Assembly: GCA_965195285.1 (NCBI GenBank)
Contig: CBDAFS010000062.1
Coordinates: 1 to 64,000 of the forward strand
DNA from: an uncultured Aminicenantes bacterium
GTDB lineage: Bacteria; Acidobacteriota; Aminicenantia; UBA2199
Reading direction: 5' to 3'
DNA length: 64,000 bases
Of the stretch, positions 37,418 through 48,264 are shown one piece after another. The notes beneath the pieces are model-generated. The model ran no database searches. It saw only the letters and a list, made by a program, of their open reading frames with translations, and was not told the DNA's origin. Each line of letters begins with the position of its first letter. Position 1 is the stretch's first letter. A program made the position numbers and the translations under genes.

Positions 37418-39256
37418 CTAAATCATACTCTGAAAGTGGGTCTTCAGTTCCTGAATTTGATTTTTATCCAAAATTTTATTGTCCTTGTGAATGACCAGTA
37501 TGGAATAAGTTCGCTGATTCCATTCGATCTTGGTAAAACAGATATCAAAGTCCCTGAATTTCTTAATCATTTTCCCCAACAGCTGTTTCCGCTTCATATA
37601 GGATAAAACGAATATGGTGCGGTTGGATTCGGTTAGATTTTTATGTTTGATGATTAACTTTTTCCCCTGGGCTCGCTTTGATTCCTCTATGGCCCTGGAA
37701 CACAGAATCATGACTTCATGAAGCACCCTGAACGGAATTTCAATCCGGAAAAGCTCATCAAAATTGAAAAATATATCCCGGATCAGGGACACATTTACCG
37801 TACCCAACTTTTCCAGCAGATCATTCAATACCCTCATGTCGATTTCCCTGAAACCCTGGTCAAAATCCCTGATTTCACCGTACTCTTTTCTTAAGATGGC
37901 CTTCAGGTTCGAGAATATGTCTTTTATTGAAGAAAACTCTGACAGATTGACGTTCAGTTTTAAAATATCAATTCTGACCCGGTTGCCATAAAAGCGGGAA
38001 GGTATGGTTGAATTGATCTTCACACCGGGAATCTTTTCCAAGCGGGTGATTAACCCGTATATTCTTTTTCTTCTGGATTTGAAGCTCACCACGATCAGTT
38101 TGATATCCATATAGAAATCGGTTTTTTCATCGACTTTGATGAAAACCTGGCTGATGCCGGTCTTTTTCAATTCCATCATCAAAAAAGGGATAATGGCCCG
38201 GGCATAATGCTCGTAACCGCCAATGGCTTTCACCCCGGAGAAACTTTTTTTACAGGAGGTCAGGATAAATTTGTCCATGGATTTTTCAATTGATTTGATC
38301 ATCTCTTTATTCAGGGGGTTACCATATTGATCTACAATCTCAATTCGGTAAACCAGTATCCCATCGTGGGACACAAAGCTCTTGTGATGCTTGATTACAT
38401 GTGCAGGTACAATAAAACTGAGTGTTTTCAGAAATTCTTCAATTGATATCAATTCTTCCCGGCAAATAAATGTAATTCCGGTCAGTTTTTCGTATTTGGT
38501 CTCGAAATTTTTTATCTTAATCACTTCATCGGTGGTTCCGCTTCGAATCATTTCCTGGAAACGCATATTATTTATGATCAGCTCTGTCAGGTCACTGATA
38601 TTCCGTTCTTCCAGATATTCTCTGGAACGGGAGGAGATGAATTTTATGGCCTCCCCGCTCTCACCGATCAACTTGGAAATATCGGATCCTGGATAGACTT
38701 TATTTAAACGGTTCACCACATTATTGTAGATTTCAAACTTGATGGTTTCATCTTCCAGCAGCAGTGTTTTGCTGCGACTCCCGATCGAGGCCTCCCTGAT
38801 TTTGGCCACCAATTTCTTTTTTTCAAATACAAATTGCCGGTATTCTTCCTTGGTATCCAGATTGAAAGCCAGGATTACAATTCCGATAGTTTTTTGTTCA
38901 TACTCAACGGTGAATCCCCTAACAAGCAAAACATTTCTACCCTTGTGGTGTACGATACCCAGAATGGAATTGGACATGCCGGGCCAATCTTCCGCCAATA
39001 CTCCCAGAATCATGGTTTTGGGAATGGATGTCGTTTTCAGTTCATCCAGGATAATCACTTCCTTTTTCTGGGTTCTTTCATAATTGACCAGCAAGCGGAT
39101 CAAGAGTGCCCGCTGCTGCAGCAAGGGAAAAATCAATTGGGAATTTGAGATTTTATCAATCTTCTCCTTGATATCTTTTTGAGAGATTTTGATGAGTTTC
39201 TCTTTCAAGATGTGATTCAACTCAATGACTTCGTTCTTTTCCAGTTTTCTGATCAT
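37418..39256 (-). CDS. Hypothetical protein, possible ACT-like domains
   Basis: 612-aa ORF; GVLAEDWPGMSNSILG resembles an ACT beta1-alpha1 loop. Confidence 0.6.
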   Translation of the reverse strand: MIRKLEKNEVIELNHILKEKLIKISQKDIKEKIDKISNSQLIFPLLQQRALLIRLLVNYERTQKKEVIILDELKTTSIPKTMILGVLAEDWPGMSNSILGIVHHKGRNVLLVRGFTVEYEQKTIGIVILAFNLDTKEEYRQFVFEKKKLVAKIREASIGSRSKTLLLEDETIKFEIYNNVVNRLNKVYPGSDISKLIGESGEAIKFISSRSREYLEERNISDLTELIINNMRFQEMIRSGTTDEVIKIKNFETKYEKLTGITFICREELISIEEFLKTLSFIVPAHVIKHHKSFVSHDGILVYRIEIVDQYGNPLNKEMIKSIEKSMDKFILTSCKKSFSGVKAIGGYEHYARAIIPFLMMELKKTGISQVFIKVDEKTDFYMDIKLIVVSFKSRRKRIYGLITRLEKIPGVKINSTIPSRFYGNRVRIDILKLNVNLSEFSSIKDIFSNLKAILRKEYGEIRDFDQGFREIDMRVLNDLLEKLGTVNVSLIRDIFFNFDELFRIEIPFRVLHEVMILCSRAIEESKRAQGKKLIIKHKNLTESNRTIFVLSYMKRKQLLGKMIKKFRDFDICFTKIEWNQRTYSILVIHKDNKILDKNQIQELKTHFQSMI

Positions 39257-39406
39257 TGGTTTATTTTATCCCAATCGGAATTGAAAAGTCAATTTACCCT
39301 TCCCTAGCATATAGGTATTGGTATTCCTCGGCCATGAAAATTGAAAAATGCTTTTTTAATCAGATTCAAAAATAATACAAAATATTGTAAAAATGCAGAT
39401 TATAAC

Positions 39407-39435
39407 TTGACTTTTAGCTTTCTTTTAAATAAAAT
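39407..39435 (+). promoter_or_regulatory. sigma70-type promoter of hup
   Basis: TTGACT-17 bp-TAAAAT, followed by GGGAGG SD. Confidence 0.7.
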
Positions 39436-39452
39436 AGCAACGGGAGGTAATA

Positions 39453-39725
39453 ATGAACAAAACCGAATTGGTTAAGGCTATTGCAGAAAGAGCAAATTTA
39501 AAGGTTGCTGATACTGAAAAACTGGTCAATTCTTTCATTGAAACCATATCCAATGAACTCAAAAAAAACAAGAAAGTCACCTTGGTTGGATTCGGAACCT
39601 TTGCCACATCTCACAGAAAACAGAGAATTGGCGTCAACCCGAAAACCGGAGTAAAATTAACCATTAAAGCCAAGAACGTTCCTGTTTTCAAAGCGGGAAA
39701 AACACTGAAAGACAAAGTTAAATAA
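39453..39725 (+). CDS. hup: DNA-binding protein HU
   Basis: MNKTELV, VTLVGFGTF, GVNPKTG, FKAGKTLK. Confidence 0.95.
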   Translation: MNKTELVKAIAERANLKVADTEKLVNSFIETISNELKKNKKVTLVGFGTFATSHRKQRIGVNPKTGVKLTIKAKNVPVFKAGKTLKDKVK

Positions 39726-39817
39726 TATTTTATAATTAATATTACAGTAATTATAATTTATTACTATTTCGATCAATTGTAAAATCAAGGGATGGGTGGC
39801 AGGGCATTAGGAAAAAT

Positions 39818-41929
39818 TTAGTATACCTGGACCTCGGATGACGAGGTTTTTATTTCAACTTGCCGCTTGTCTTTTGAATAAGCCGTCACATCATCAATGG
39901 TGATGGTGTAATCACCTTTTTCCAGAAACCTGATCTTGAGCTGGGCCAGTATGGTACTTTTGACTGGTTTCCCGAAAAATGAATAGCCAATATCAAATGA
40001 ACTGGAAGAAAAATCCTTCAGCATCCTGACATCGTCATTTTTGAAGAAATCGGTCTTCAATTCATCCACAATCACATTCCCTCCTGAAATGGATCCGCCA
40101 ATCGAAAGGGTAGAGATTTCAGCTTGAGAATTCAGTCGGATGGTGAAAAAAGCTTCACTATTTAACGGTATTCTACGGCGGGCAGGAGAAATTATTACCG
40201 AATTCTGGCGAAGTAGATTTGCCCTTCTTCTGCTGGTATCCCGGGATTTCACGGGCGATACCGGAGTTGATGAATTGAGGGACCGGGTATTACTCCAAAT
40301 CGGTTCAAGGTCTGTTTTTCCGGGGATGGTCTTTCTGATTATTCTGGGAGTAACCGAAAAAATGAGATCGGTTTGCTGAATGGTCTTTTCACTGGAACCA
40401 AAAAGCAGTCCCAGCACCGGGATTTTTGACAGTGTCGGAATGCCATTCATTGAACCCCGTACCTCATCCTTTATAAAACCACCGATTAGGTTGGTTTCAC
40501 CTTCTTTCAGTCGGATAACATTTTCCAGTTCTCTTTTGCCCAAAACCGGAAAAGAATCAACATAAGTGGTCACGAAAGTCATGGAAAATTTTATTCTTAA
40601 GGTCACTTCATTATTGCTGTGAACAAAGGGGGTGACTTTTATTTCAACACCCACATTTTTATATTGATAACTGGTTACCGGGGTGTTTTGGACACCTCCT
40701 GCCGCCATAGCCTGCCATGTAGTACTGGGGATCGGCAACTCCTCACCCACCATGAACTTGATTTCCTCACCCTCTACTCCTCTCAGGTTTGGCTTGGCAA
40801 TGATTTTGTTTTCACTATCGGTTTCGAGTATGTTCAGGGCAACGCTGGGAATAGTCAACATAAAATTGATATTTCCCAGATCGTTCCAGTTAACGGTGGT
40901 ATTCAGGGTGCTGGTGCCTTCCTCATCATCTTCATTTGGGATTCCGGCGGAAATGGAAAGGGGTGTGGTTCCATAATCAATGCCTATCTTTTTCAGAAAA
41001 CTTCTGTTGACTTCTATTATTTCCACATCGACTTCAACTTCATTCCTTTCCTTATCGATCTTTTGAATGAATTCCTCTATATCCATCAGGGTATCCCGGG
41101 AGGCTTTAACGATCAGGGTATTCAGGTTCACATCCTCCTGAAGCATGATTTGCTGATCGCGGAAAACCGTCATGACCAATTTCTTGGCATCTTCAGCCAC
41201 GATATTGTTTAAATAAAAAACCTTGACTCCTTTCAAATCAAAGTTTTTCTTTTTCATGGCGGTATTGGCATACAGAAGTATTGAAGAACTGTCCAGGATC
41301 CGGTAACGAAGATTTGCAACCATGCACATCTGAGTTAATATTTGATAAAAGCCAACATCTTCAATCTCAATGCTGTAGAGAAAGTCCCGAAAATCCTTAT
41401 CAAAAATGAAATTCACATTGAAGGATTTGCCAAGGCTCTTGAATATTTTGGTGATGGGGACATTTCTTAGATCCATTTTAATCTTTTCATTCCCTTTCAA
41501 CTTCAAGATCACCGGGGGTTTAATGGTGGATTCAAATTTAACCGTTTTCTTTTTTTTATCTTTGTTCACATAGGCATTGAATTCATCACCCAATCTCTGG
41601 TTATTGGGAAATATAGCCAGGGCCAGGGTATACTCTTTTTCCGCCTCCGGCTTCATGTCATTATTTTTATAATTTCTGGCTTTGGCCAAATGATGATAAT
41701 AACTGCCGAGCTTTGACCTGAACAACATGGCGCTGATCTCCTTTTTGCCCGGATATTTTTTCAAAGCCTGCTCAAAATATTTTATGGATTTGTCATAATC
41801 GCACTGCTTGTAATATTCCATTCCCTCTTTGAACTTTTCGGAATGTATCGAGCACTGGCATTGAAATATGATCCCAATGGAAAATAAAATAACACAAGAA
41901 AGCAGTATTCTTTTTTTTCTAATCATCAC
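39818..41929 (-). CDS. Secretin (GspD/PilQ) with N-terminal TPR and cohesin-like C-terminus
   Basis: YKNVGVEIKVTP, GETNLIGG, IPTLSKIPVLGLLF, VTPRII. Confidence 0.88.
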   Translation of the reverse strand: MMIRKKRILLSCVILFSIGIIFQCQCSIHSEKFKEGMEYYKQCDYDKSIKYFEQALKKYPGKKEISAMLFRSKLGSYYHHLAKARNYKNNDMKPEAEKEYTLALAIFPNNQRLGDEFNAYVNKDKKKKTVKFESTIKPPVILKLKGNEKIKMDLRNVPITKIFKSLGKSFNVNFIFDKDFRDFLYSIEIEDVGFYQILTQMCMVANLRYRILDSSSILLYANTAMKKKNFDLKGVKVFYLNNIVAEDAKKLVMTVFRDQQIMLQEDVNLNTLIVKASRDTLMDIEEFIQKIDKERNEVEVDVEIIEVNRSFLKKIGIDYGTTPLSISAGIPNEDDEEGTSTLNTTVNWNDLGNINFMLTIPSVALNILETDSENKIIAKPNLRGVEGEEIKFMVGEELPIPSTTWQAMAAGGVQNTPVTSYQYKNVGVEIKVTPFVHSNNEVTLRIKFSMTFVTTYVDSFPVLGKRELENVIRLKEGETNLIGGFIKDEVRGSMNGIPTLSKIPVLGLLFGSSEKTIQQTDLIFSVTPRIIRKTIPGKTDLEPIWSNTRSLNSSTPVSPVKSRDTSRRRANLLRQNSVIISPARRRIPLNSEAFFTIRLNSQAEISTLSIGGSISGGNVIVDELKTDFFKNDDVRMLKDFSSSSFDIGYSFFGKPVKSTILAQLKIRFLEKGDYTITIDDVTAYSKDKRQVEIKTSSSEVQVY

Positions 41930-42341
41930 TATCTCCCTTTAATCGAACTACAATGGGTTGAGACTCCACTTCCAGTAGGATTTGTTTTTTTTCTATTTTT
42001 ACAATTTTAATGGTTTCCATGAAGACTTCCCCCTGCCCAACCACAAAATACTCACCATTCAGACTGATCAGGGCATGAATCCGGTTATTTTTTTCAATAT
42101 AGCCCTCATACAAAATACTTCTTCGGATTTCCTTTTCGGAGTCATCCTGTTTCCGGGCCATGATGGTTTTACCTTTCAATACCTGGTTCTGCAGGGTCGC
42201 TATTTCCTCGGCTGAAATCAGTTTTACCGGAGAAAAAATATCCCTTTTGAAGGTATACGGTAATTTGTCTTTGTTGAGTTCGGAAAAACGAATGACTTCA
42301 GCCCGGAGACAAAAAACACAGGACAGCAGCAATATAAACAT
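41919..42341 (-). CDS. PilP/GspC-like protein
   Basis: Position between pilO and secretin; RDIF, YEGYI, GE..KIVKI; start uncertain. Confidence 0.55.
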   Translation of the reverse strand: MFILLLSCVFCLRAEVIRFSELNKDKLPYTFKRDIFSPVKLISAEEIATLQNQVLKGKTIMARKQDDSEKEIRRSILYEGYIEKNNRIHALISLNGEYFVVGQGEVFMETIKIVKIEKKQILLEVESQPIVVRLKGDSDD

Positions 42342-42342
42342 T

Positions 42343-42861
42343 TTACCTGACAAAATACGCCTCCACCACCACACTCGCCTTAACACCCTCGGGAGATTTG
42401 GCAATTTTCAAATTTTTCATAAAGATGATCCGGTCCATTTGCTCGATTTCATGGACCATTTTTTTCAGGTTTTGATAACGCCCTACGGCTTCAAATCCGA
42501 TTGACACCTGGACAATTTGGCGAGTTATATTCTTTATATCATAGCCCAACCGAGACGAATTTAATAGGTTTCTTTTCAATAGGGATTCAAATCGACCCTT
42601 AAAATCAGAAAATTCACCAAATGGTAACAGTAATTCTCTTTTGAAACGGTTGAAGGATTTTTCTACCTGAAGCCAATCCCGGTGAGACTTTTTCAGTTGT
42701 AAGAACTCAATTTCTTTAGACTTGAGCTTTTGAATCTCGGTTTTTATATTTCCCCTGGAGAACTTTTTTATGGAGGAATGGGAAAAAGCAAAAACCAAAA
42801 ATACCAGGCCCAGAATAAAAATTCCGGAAACGGTGTATACCAGGTATTTAATTCCTTTCAT
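42343..42861 (-). CDS. pilO: PilO-like protein
   Basis: TM and coiled coil; GRYQNLKKMVHEIEQMDRII. Confidence 0.65.
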   Translation of the reverse strand: MKGIKYLVYTVSGIFILGLVFLVFAFSHSSIKKFSRGNIKTEIQKLKSKEIEFLQLKKSHRDWLQVEKSFNRFKRELLLPFGEFSDFKGRFESLLKRNLLNSSRLGYDIKNITRQIVQVSIGFEAVGRYQNLKKMVHEIEQMDRIIFMKNLKIAKSPEGVKASVVVEAYFVR

Positions 42862-43393
42862 TTTCAATTTTGATCACAACACTGGATTTTGCTAACCCTT
42901 TGGGTGTTACCGATTCCTTTATTATGGTCAGATTGAATCGGGCCAGATTGCGGTACAAATCCATCAGTCTCTTGAAGGAACCGGATACAAAATCAAGTTG
43001 AATACCAGATTTGGAATCGTTCTGAATGATGACCGAATTCAGAAAAACCCCGTCCGGAATTTGCTCCTCCAGAATATTGAAGATGCTTAGCATGGAAAAG
43101 CGCTTTCTGCCAATCAGGGAGTTGGATAATCGCACTCTTTTGTCCCACTTTTTCTTGATTTTTCCGATTTCACTCCGGTTATCATCCATCATCTGGGAAA
43201 CATGCCTTAATTTATCCTTTAATAATACCAATTCCTTGCGTTCTATCCTTTCCTGCCTGGTCTCATCAAATAATCTCTCCATTCCGAATACAATACACAG
43301 TAGAGAAATCAAGAGCAGGCCAACCAGGATCGAGAATAACCGGACCCGGTTGATTTTTTTTTGGCTGGCGATATTGTATTTGATTTTTTTCAT
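42848..43393 (-). CDS. pilN: PilN-like protein
   Basis: TM and coiled coil; LEEQIPDGVFLNS. Confidence 0.65.
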   Translation of the reverse strand: MKKIKYNIASQKKINRVRLFSILVGLLLISLLCIVFGMERLFDETRQERIERKELVLLKDKLRHVSQMMDDNRSEIGKIKKKWDKRVRLSNSLIGRKRFSMLSIFNILEEQIPDGVFLNSVIIQNDSKSGIQLDFVSGSFKRLMDLYRNLARFNLTIIKESVTPKGLAKSSVVIKIENERN

Positions 43394-43394
43394 T

Positions 43395-44183
43395 TCAACC
43401 CGGCAAGAACAATCTTTTCCCCTGATCAGGCTTCAGTGTTTTCAACTCCAATTTTCCCAATTCCTGCTGAATCCCGGTCAGCGGCTCATCATTATGGGAG
43501 ATGAGGGCATAGCTGGCCGGTTTTCTGCCGAAATTACTGGCCACAAACCTCAGGGTTTTCTTCAGCTCATCAATCATCTCTTCTCCCCTTTCAATTCTGA
43601 ATTTTCTAATATAAAAGGGTATGGAATGGCTTTGAAAGACAACAATACATAAACCATTATCAATCTCTATAAAAAAGTCCGGAAGACTTTTTCCCCGGAA
43701 AACATGGTTCATGATTTCAATGGTGGAGTTTCCAAAAAAAGTCAAAGGCCGCTGACAATCAGTGAATACATTTTCAATACTCTCCTTCAGGTCCTTTCTG
43801 AACAGAATGGATAAGATTTTTTTCCGGTCCAGTTTAAAAAAATGATTTTCATATTGATTGATATCCTCGGGAAATTGCTTTTTTATTTTCCATTCAATCA
43901 GATCTTTCATCAGGTGTTCCCTCAGGGGGATCCGGTCAAATTCAAGAATATTGAATATAAAATGGCTGGAGCTCAGAATCACTCCGGTCTCGGATTCTTT
44001 AGGTATCTTATCGAGCATTTCGCGGAATTTGTCAGAATTGATTTCAAAAACAGATATCTGCTCACAGGTTTCCTGCTTTTCAACATGCTGATTTTGAACC
44101 CGGTATAATTCAATGTATTCCTCTCCCAGGTAAAAAAACCGAACCGGAGTCCGGTACCTAACAAACAGCTTCATTATGTCCAT
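43395..44183 (-). CDS. pilM: PilM/GspL-like protein
   Basis: Gene order; DLIEWKIKKQFP, FYIRK. Confidence 0.55.
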   Translation of the reverse strand: MDIMKLFVRYRTPVRFFYLGEEYIELYRVQNQHVEKQETCEQISVFEINSDKFREMLDKIPKESETGVILSSSHFIFNILEFDRIPLREHLMKDLIEWKIKKQFPEDINQYENHFFKLDRKKILSILFRKDLKESIENVFTDCQRPLTFFGNSTIEIMNHVFRGKSLPDFFIEIDNGLCIVVFQSHSIPFYIRKFRIERGEEMIDELKKTLRFVASNFGRKPASYALISHNDEPLTGIQQELGKLELKTLKPDQGKRLFLPG

Positions 44184-45709
44184 TCTTTTACGGTCACCCT
44201 GTTTAATTCATTCAAAGAAGTGACACCCTTTCTTACTTTTTCCAGGCCATTCTTTCTAATCGGGGTCATTCCGTTTTTTATGGCAACTTTTTTTATTTCA
44301 GAAGTGGGTTTTTTATCCAGAATCATTTCCTTGATTTCATCGGTCAATTCAAGGGTTTCTCCAATTGCGGTCCGGCCTAAATACCCGGTACCCGAACATT
44401 CCTGACAGCCCGTCGATTGATAGATGGTGGTACCGACATCCTCTCTTTTTATCCGGTTGAATTCCAGATAGGCCTCGCTCAGGGTATGGGATTTTTTGCA
44501 CTCCTTGCACAGAATCCTGACCAGACGCTGGGCAATAATACAGTTCAAAGAGGAAATAAAGCTATAGGTATCCACACCCATATGGATGAACCTGCCCAGG
44601 ACATCAAATACATTATTGGCATGTACCGTAGTAAAAACCAGATGGCCGGTAAGGGCTGACTGTATGGCGATCTGGGCTGTTTCCGGATCCCTTATTTCTC
44701 CGACCATGATTTTATCCGGATCATGCCTGAGTATGCTGCGAAGCCCCCGTGCAAAAGTCAGACCTTTTTTTTCATTGACCGGAATCTGGGTAATTTCATC
44801 GATCTGGTACTCAACCGGATCCTCAATGGTAATGATCTTGTCTTCCGGATTTTTGATCTCGTTCAGGGCGGCATACAGGGTGGTGGTTTTCCCGCTCCCG
44901 GTGGGTCCGGTAACCAGAAACATACCGTAGGGTTGTTTGATATAATACTCAATTTGCTCCAATAACAGGGGATCGAATCCCAGTTGCTGCAGTTTCAATT
45001 CACCGATATTTTCGGTAATCATTTCCCGGTCCAGAATTCTAATTACCGCGTTTTCACCGAATATTGCGGGCATAATCGAGACCCTGAAATCAATGGTTTT
45101 ATGCTTGAATTTCATCCTGAATCGCCCATCCTGTGGAATGCGCCTCTCTGCAATATCAAGCTCGGAAATAACCTTCAAGCGGGTGATCAAGGGAGAATGA
45201 TACATCTTATCCAGGGGATCCATGACTTGATTCAGAATCCCGTCGATTCTGAATTTGACGATCACCGAATGTCCGTTTGCTTCGATATGAATATCAGAAG
45301 ATCTTTTGTTCACTGCAGAAAAAACAATATTATTCCATAGTTTTATGATAGAATCATCTTCTTCGGTTATTTTCTCAATGGTCAAGGATTCATCTTCAAT
45401 TTCTTCAATCTTCTTTTTCAGAAAAAAACTTTCGGTTTTGTCCTTCAGGACTTTGGTAAAGGTATCACTTTTTTTCAGTATTTTTTCAATCTCATCCCTT
45501 TTGGCTTTGAAAGGCAGGATCTTTTTCCGAATGTAGTTTTCAACATTGGAAATTATTTCCAGGTTTTCCGGATCAACCATGGCAATTTCAATGGAATTGC
45601 CATTGTCCTTGAGGGGGAAAAATGCATTTTTGATTAAAAATTCAGCCGGAAACTTGGCCAGCAGATCATAATCAATCTTGAAATTTTTTAAATTCACTTC
45701 TTTAATCAA
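44174..45709 (-). CDS. pilB: GspE/PilB secretion ATPase
   Basis: SDIHIE, PQDGR, GPTGSGKTTT, LRHDPD, TGHLV. Confidence 0.92.
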   Translation of the reverse strand: MIKEVNLKNFKIDYDLLAKFPAEFLIKNAFFPLKDNGNSIEIAMVDPENLEIISNVENYIRKKILPFKAKRDEIEKILKKSDTFTKVLKDKTESFFLKKKIEEIEDESLTIEKITEEDDSIIKLWNNIVFSAVNKRSSDIHIEANGHSVIVKFRIDGILNQVMDPLDKMYHSPLITRLKVISELDIAERRIPQDGRFRMKFKHKTIDFRVSIMPAIFGENAVIRILDREMITENIGELKLQQLGFDPLLLEQIEYYIKQPYGMFLVTGPTGSGKTTTLYAALNEIKNPEDKIITIEDPVEYQIDEITQIPVNEKKGLTFARGLRSILRHDPDKIMVGEIRDPETAQIAIQSALTGHLVFTTVHANNVFDVLGRFIHMGVDTYSFISSLNCIIAQRLVRILCKECKKSHTLSEAYLEFNRIKREDVGTTIYQSTGCQECSGTGYLGRTAIGETLELTDEIKEMILDKKPTSEIKKVAIKNGMTPIRKNGLEKVRKGVTSLNELNRVTVKEWT

Positions 45710-46914
45710 TGGACCACCTGTACGGATTGAAAAATGGGCAAGTATACCGACATCAACATGAAGGCAACCACCAACCCCAATATGATGATTAAAATTGGTT
45801 CTATCAAAGAGGTCATGGAATTTATTTTGAGGTCAATGGAATTCTCATAATATTCGGCATTCTTATCCAGAACATCGATCAGGTTTCCGGATGATTCCCC
45901 CACCCGGATGATTTCGGTCATCATGTTCGGAACAAAACTCACATCTTCCAGAACATCCGACAGGACATTTCCTCCCCTGATTTTTTCAGGGATGTCCTTT
46001 ATTTTTAAATAGAAAAAACAGTTCGAAAAAGTCTCTACCGCAATGGCCGTAGCCTCGGGAACCGGAATCCCCCCGGAAATAAGTACAGAGAGTGTCCTTG
46101 AAAAAACAGCCAGGGCATTTTCCAGGATCATTCGTCCCATGAATGGAGTTCTGGTTTTCATGTAGTCCAGAATAACAATTTTTTCACTATGCCTTTCAAT
46201 CACTTTAACCAGGATATAAAGAAGAGCCAGGATAAAAATGAAGGTCAGGAAATTCTCTTTTAAAAACTCGGCAAGCGAAAGTAACATCAAGGTGGTGGTG
46301 GGCAATTGAGATTCAAAGCTGGCATAAAAAGATGAGAATTTCGGGATGGCATATATCAAAATAACCAGAACCATCAGCACCATGAAGGTCAATAAAATGA
46401 CCGGATAGCTGAGACCGCTGAGTATTTTACGTCTCAGTGTAGCAATTTTATCCAGATACTGGTTGAATTTCTCCAGAATCGATTCCAGATTCCCGCTTTT
46501 TTCGCCGGCCAGTAAAGAGGCCCGGTAGATTTTTTGAAAGGGTATCAAATTGGATGAAAAGGCATCTGAAATTTGAATTCCATTTTTTATATCTGATTCA
46601 ATTTTGATCAATATTTCCTTTAAATTTCCCTCTTTTGAATTTTTTATGATAATGCCCAGGGCTTTAATAAAAGAAACCCCTGATCTTAGCAGGGTAATTA
46701 ATTTTTGATTGAAAAGCAAAAACTCCGAACATTTGATTTTTTTTGAAAACAGCTTGGACAGACTGGCATTGTGCATATACAACTTTCTTATGGTAAAGAG
46801 TTTTTCGTCTGCATTTTTATACGATTCTTTCAATTCATTCCGGCTTTCCCCAAAAAGAATCCTCTGATTGAAGTGGCCCTTTTCATTGACAAAAGTACAC
46901 TTGAAATATGGCAT
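45706..46914 (-). CDS. pilC: GspF/PilC platform protein
   Basis: GEKSGNL, YP, GESSGNL, IEPI, YLPIF. Confidence 0.9.
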   Translation of the reverse strand: MPYFKCTFVNEKGHFNQRILFGESRNELKESYKNADEKLFTIRKLYMHNASLSKLFSKKIKCSEFLLFNQKLITLLRSGVSFIKALGIIIKNSKEGNLKEILIKIESDIKNGIQISDAFSSNLIPFQKIYRASLLAGEKSGNLESILEKFNQYLDKIATLRRKILSGLSYPVILLTFMVLMVLVILIYAIPKFSSFYASFESQLPTTTLMLLSLAEFLKENFLTFIFILALLYILVKVIERHSEKIVILDYMKTRTPFMGRMILENALAVFSRTLSVLISGGIPVPEATAIAVETFSNCFFYLKIKDIPEKIRGGNVLSDVLEDVSFVPNMMTEIIRVGESSGNLIDVLDKNAEYYENSIDLKINSMTSLIEPILIIILGLVVAFMLMSVYLPIFQSVQVVH

Positions 46915-48176
46915 TATAGAACCGTCCTATCGGGAAAATAATTTCTCAGAATATCGGGCACCTTGATTTTTTCCTTCTCAGTTTGATAGTTCTCCATTAT
47001 GGCAGCCACGGTTCTTCCCACTGCCAGTCCCGATCCATTAATGGTATGAACAAAAAATTTTCCGCTTCCGGTTTTATACTTGATTTTGGCTCGCCGGGCC
47101 TGAAAATCTACAAAGTTTGAACAGGAGGAAATCTCAACATATTTTTTCCTGGCCGGCATCCACACTTCCAGGTCATAAGTTTTCGAAGAAGAAAAGGACA
47201 GATCAGCGCTACATAGTATCACCACCCGGTAATGCAAATTCAATTTCTGCAATATGGTCTCGGCATCACGGGTAAGTTGATCCAATTCATGGTTGGAACT
47301 CTCGGCAGCCGAAAACTTCAAAAGCTCAACCTTATTGAATTGATGCTGCCTGATAATTCCCCTCACATCTTTTCCATGCGATCCGGCTTCACTCCGAAAA
47401 CAGGGTGTATAGGCCACATATGATTTTGGAAGTTCTGACTCCGGAATTACCTCCTCGCGATGAATATTGGTCAACGGAACTTCAGCGGTGGGAATCAAGT
47501 AGAGATTATGGTTTTCTACCTTGAACAGATCATCTTTGAACTTGGGTAAATTCCCGGTCCCCACCAGGCTTTCCGCATTCACCAGAAAGGGAGGCAACAC
47601 CTCGGTGTACCCATTTTCCAGGGTATGGGTATTCAGCATGAAATCAATCAGAATCCGCTCCAGTTTGGCCAGGGAATCAAAATACAGGGCAAACCGGGAA
47701 CCCGAAATTTTCGCAGCCCGCGGTAAGTCCAAAAAGCCGTTCAGTTCTCCCAATTCCCAATGGGATCTGGGATTGAAGTCAAAGACTGGTTTTTCTCCCC
47801 ATTCTCTGACCACCTGGTTTTCCGATTCATCCTTACCGATAGGAACAGAATCATCGATCAGATTGGGAATATTCAGTAGAATTTCCTGAAATTTTTTCTC
47901 AATAACAACCAAATCCGCTTCTATCCTGGATATTTCCCCAGTAAAAACATTTGTCTGATCCTCCAGCTCCCGGGTATCCTGATTTTTCCTTTTCAGCAGG
48001 CCAATCTCTTTGGTGATTCTTTTTTTCTCGCTTCGCAACTGTTCGGACCGGGTGATTAATTGTCTTCTATCCTCATCTATTTCAACAAATGAACGAACAT
48101 CAAAACCGACACCCTTGGCCGCACTTTTTTCGGCAACCATATCCAGATTATTCCTGAGGAAATGCATGTCCAGCAT
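46914..48176 (-). CDS. serS: Seryl-tRNA synthetase
   Basis: MLD, LIPTAEVP, FRSEAG, HQFNKVE, EISSCSN, NGSGLAVGR. Confidence 0.97.
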   Translation of the reverse strand: MLDMHFLRNNLDMVAEKSAAKGVGFDVRSFVEIDEDRRQLITRSEQLRSEKKRITKEIGLLKRKNQDTRELEDQTNVFTGEISRIEADLVVIEKKFQEILLNIPNLIDDSVPIGKDESENQVVREWGEKPVFDFNPRSHWELGELNGFLDLPRAAKISGSRFALYFDSLAKLERILIDFMLNTHTLENGYTEVLPPFLVNAESLVGTGNLPKFKDDLFKVENHNLYLIPTAEVPLTNIHREEVIPESELPKSYVAYTPCFRSEAGSHGKDVRGIIRQHQFNKVELLKFSAAESSNHELDQLTRDAETILQKLNLHYRVVILCSADLSFSSSKTYDLEVWMPARKKYVEISSCSNFVDFQARRAKIKYKTGSGKFFVHTINGSGLAVGRTVAAIMENYQTEKEKIKVPDILRNYFPDRTVL

Positions 48177-48264
48177 GGGGAAATTATATCATATGGAGCT
48201 AAATACTGCAAAGAAGGATTATGCTTACAGATCTAAAAAATATTGCCGGTTTTTTTGACCAGCC

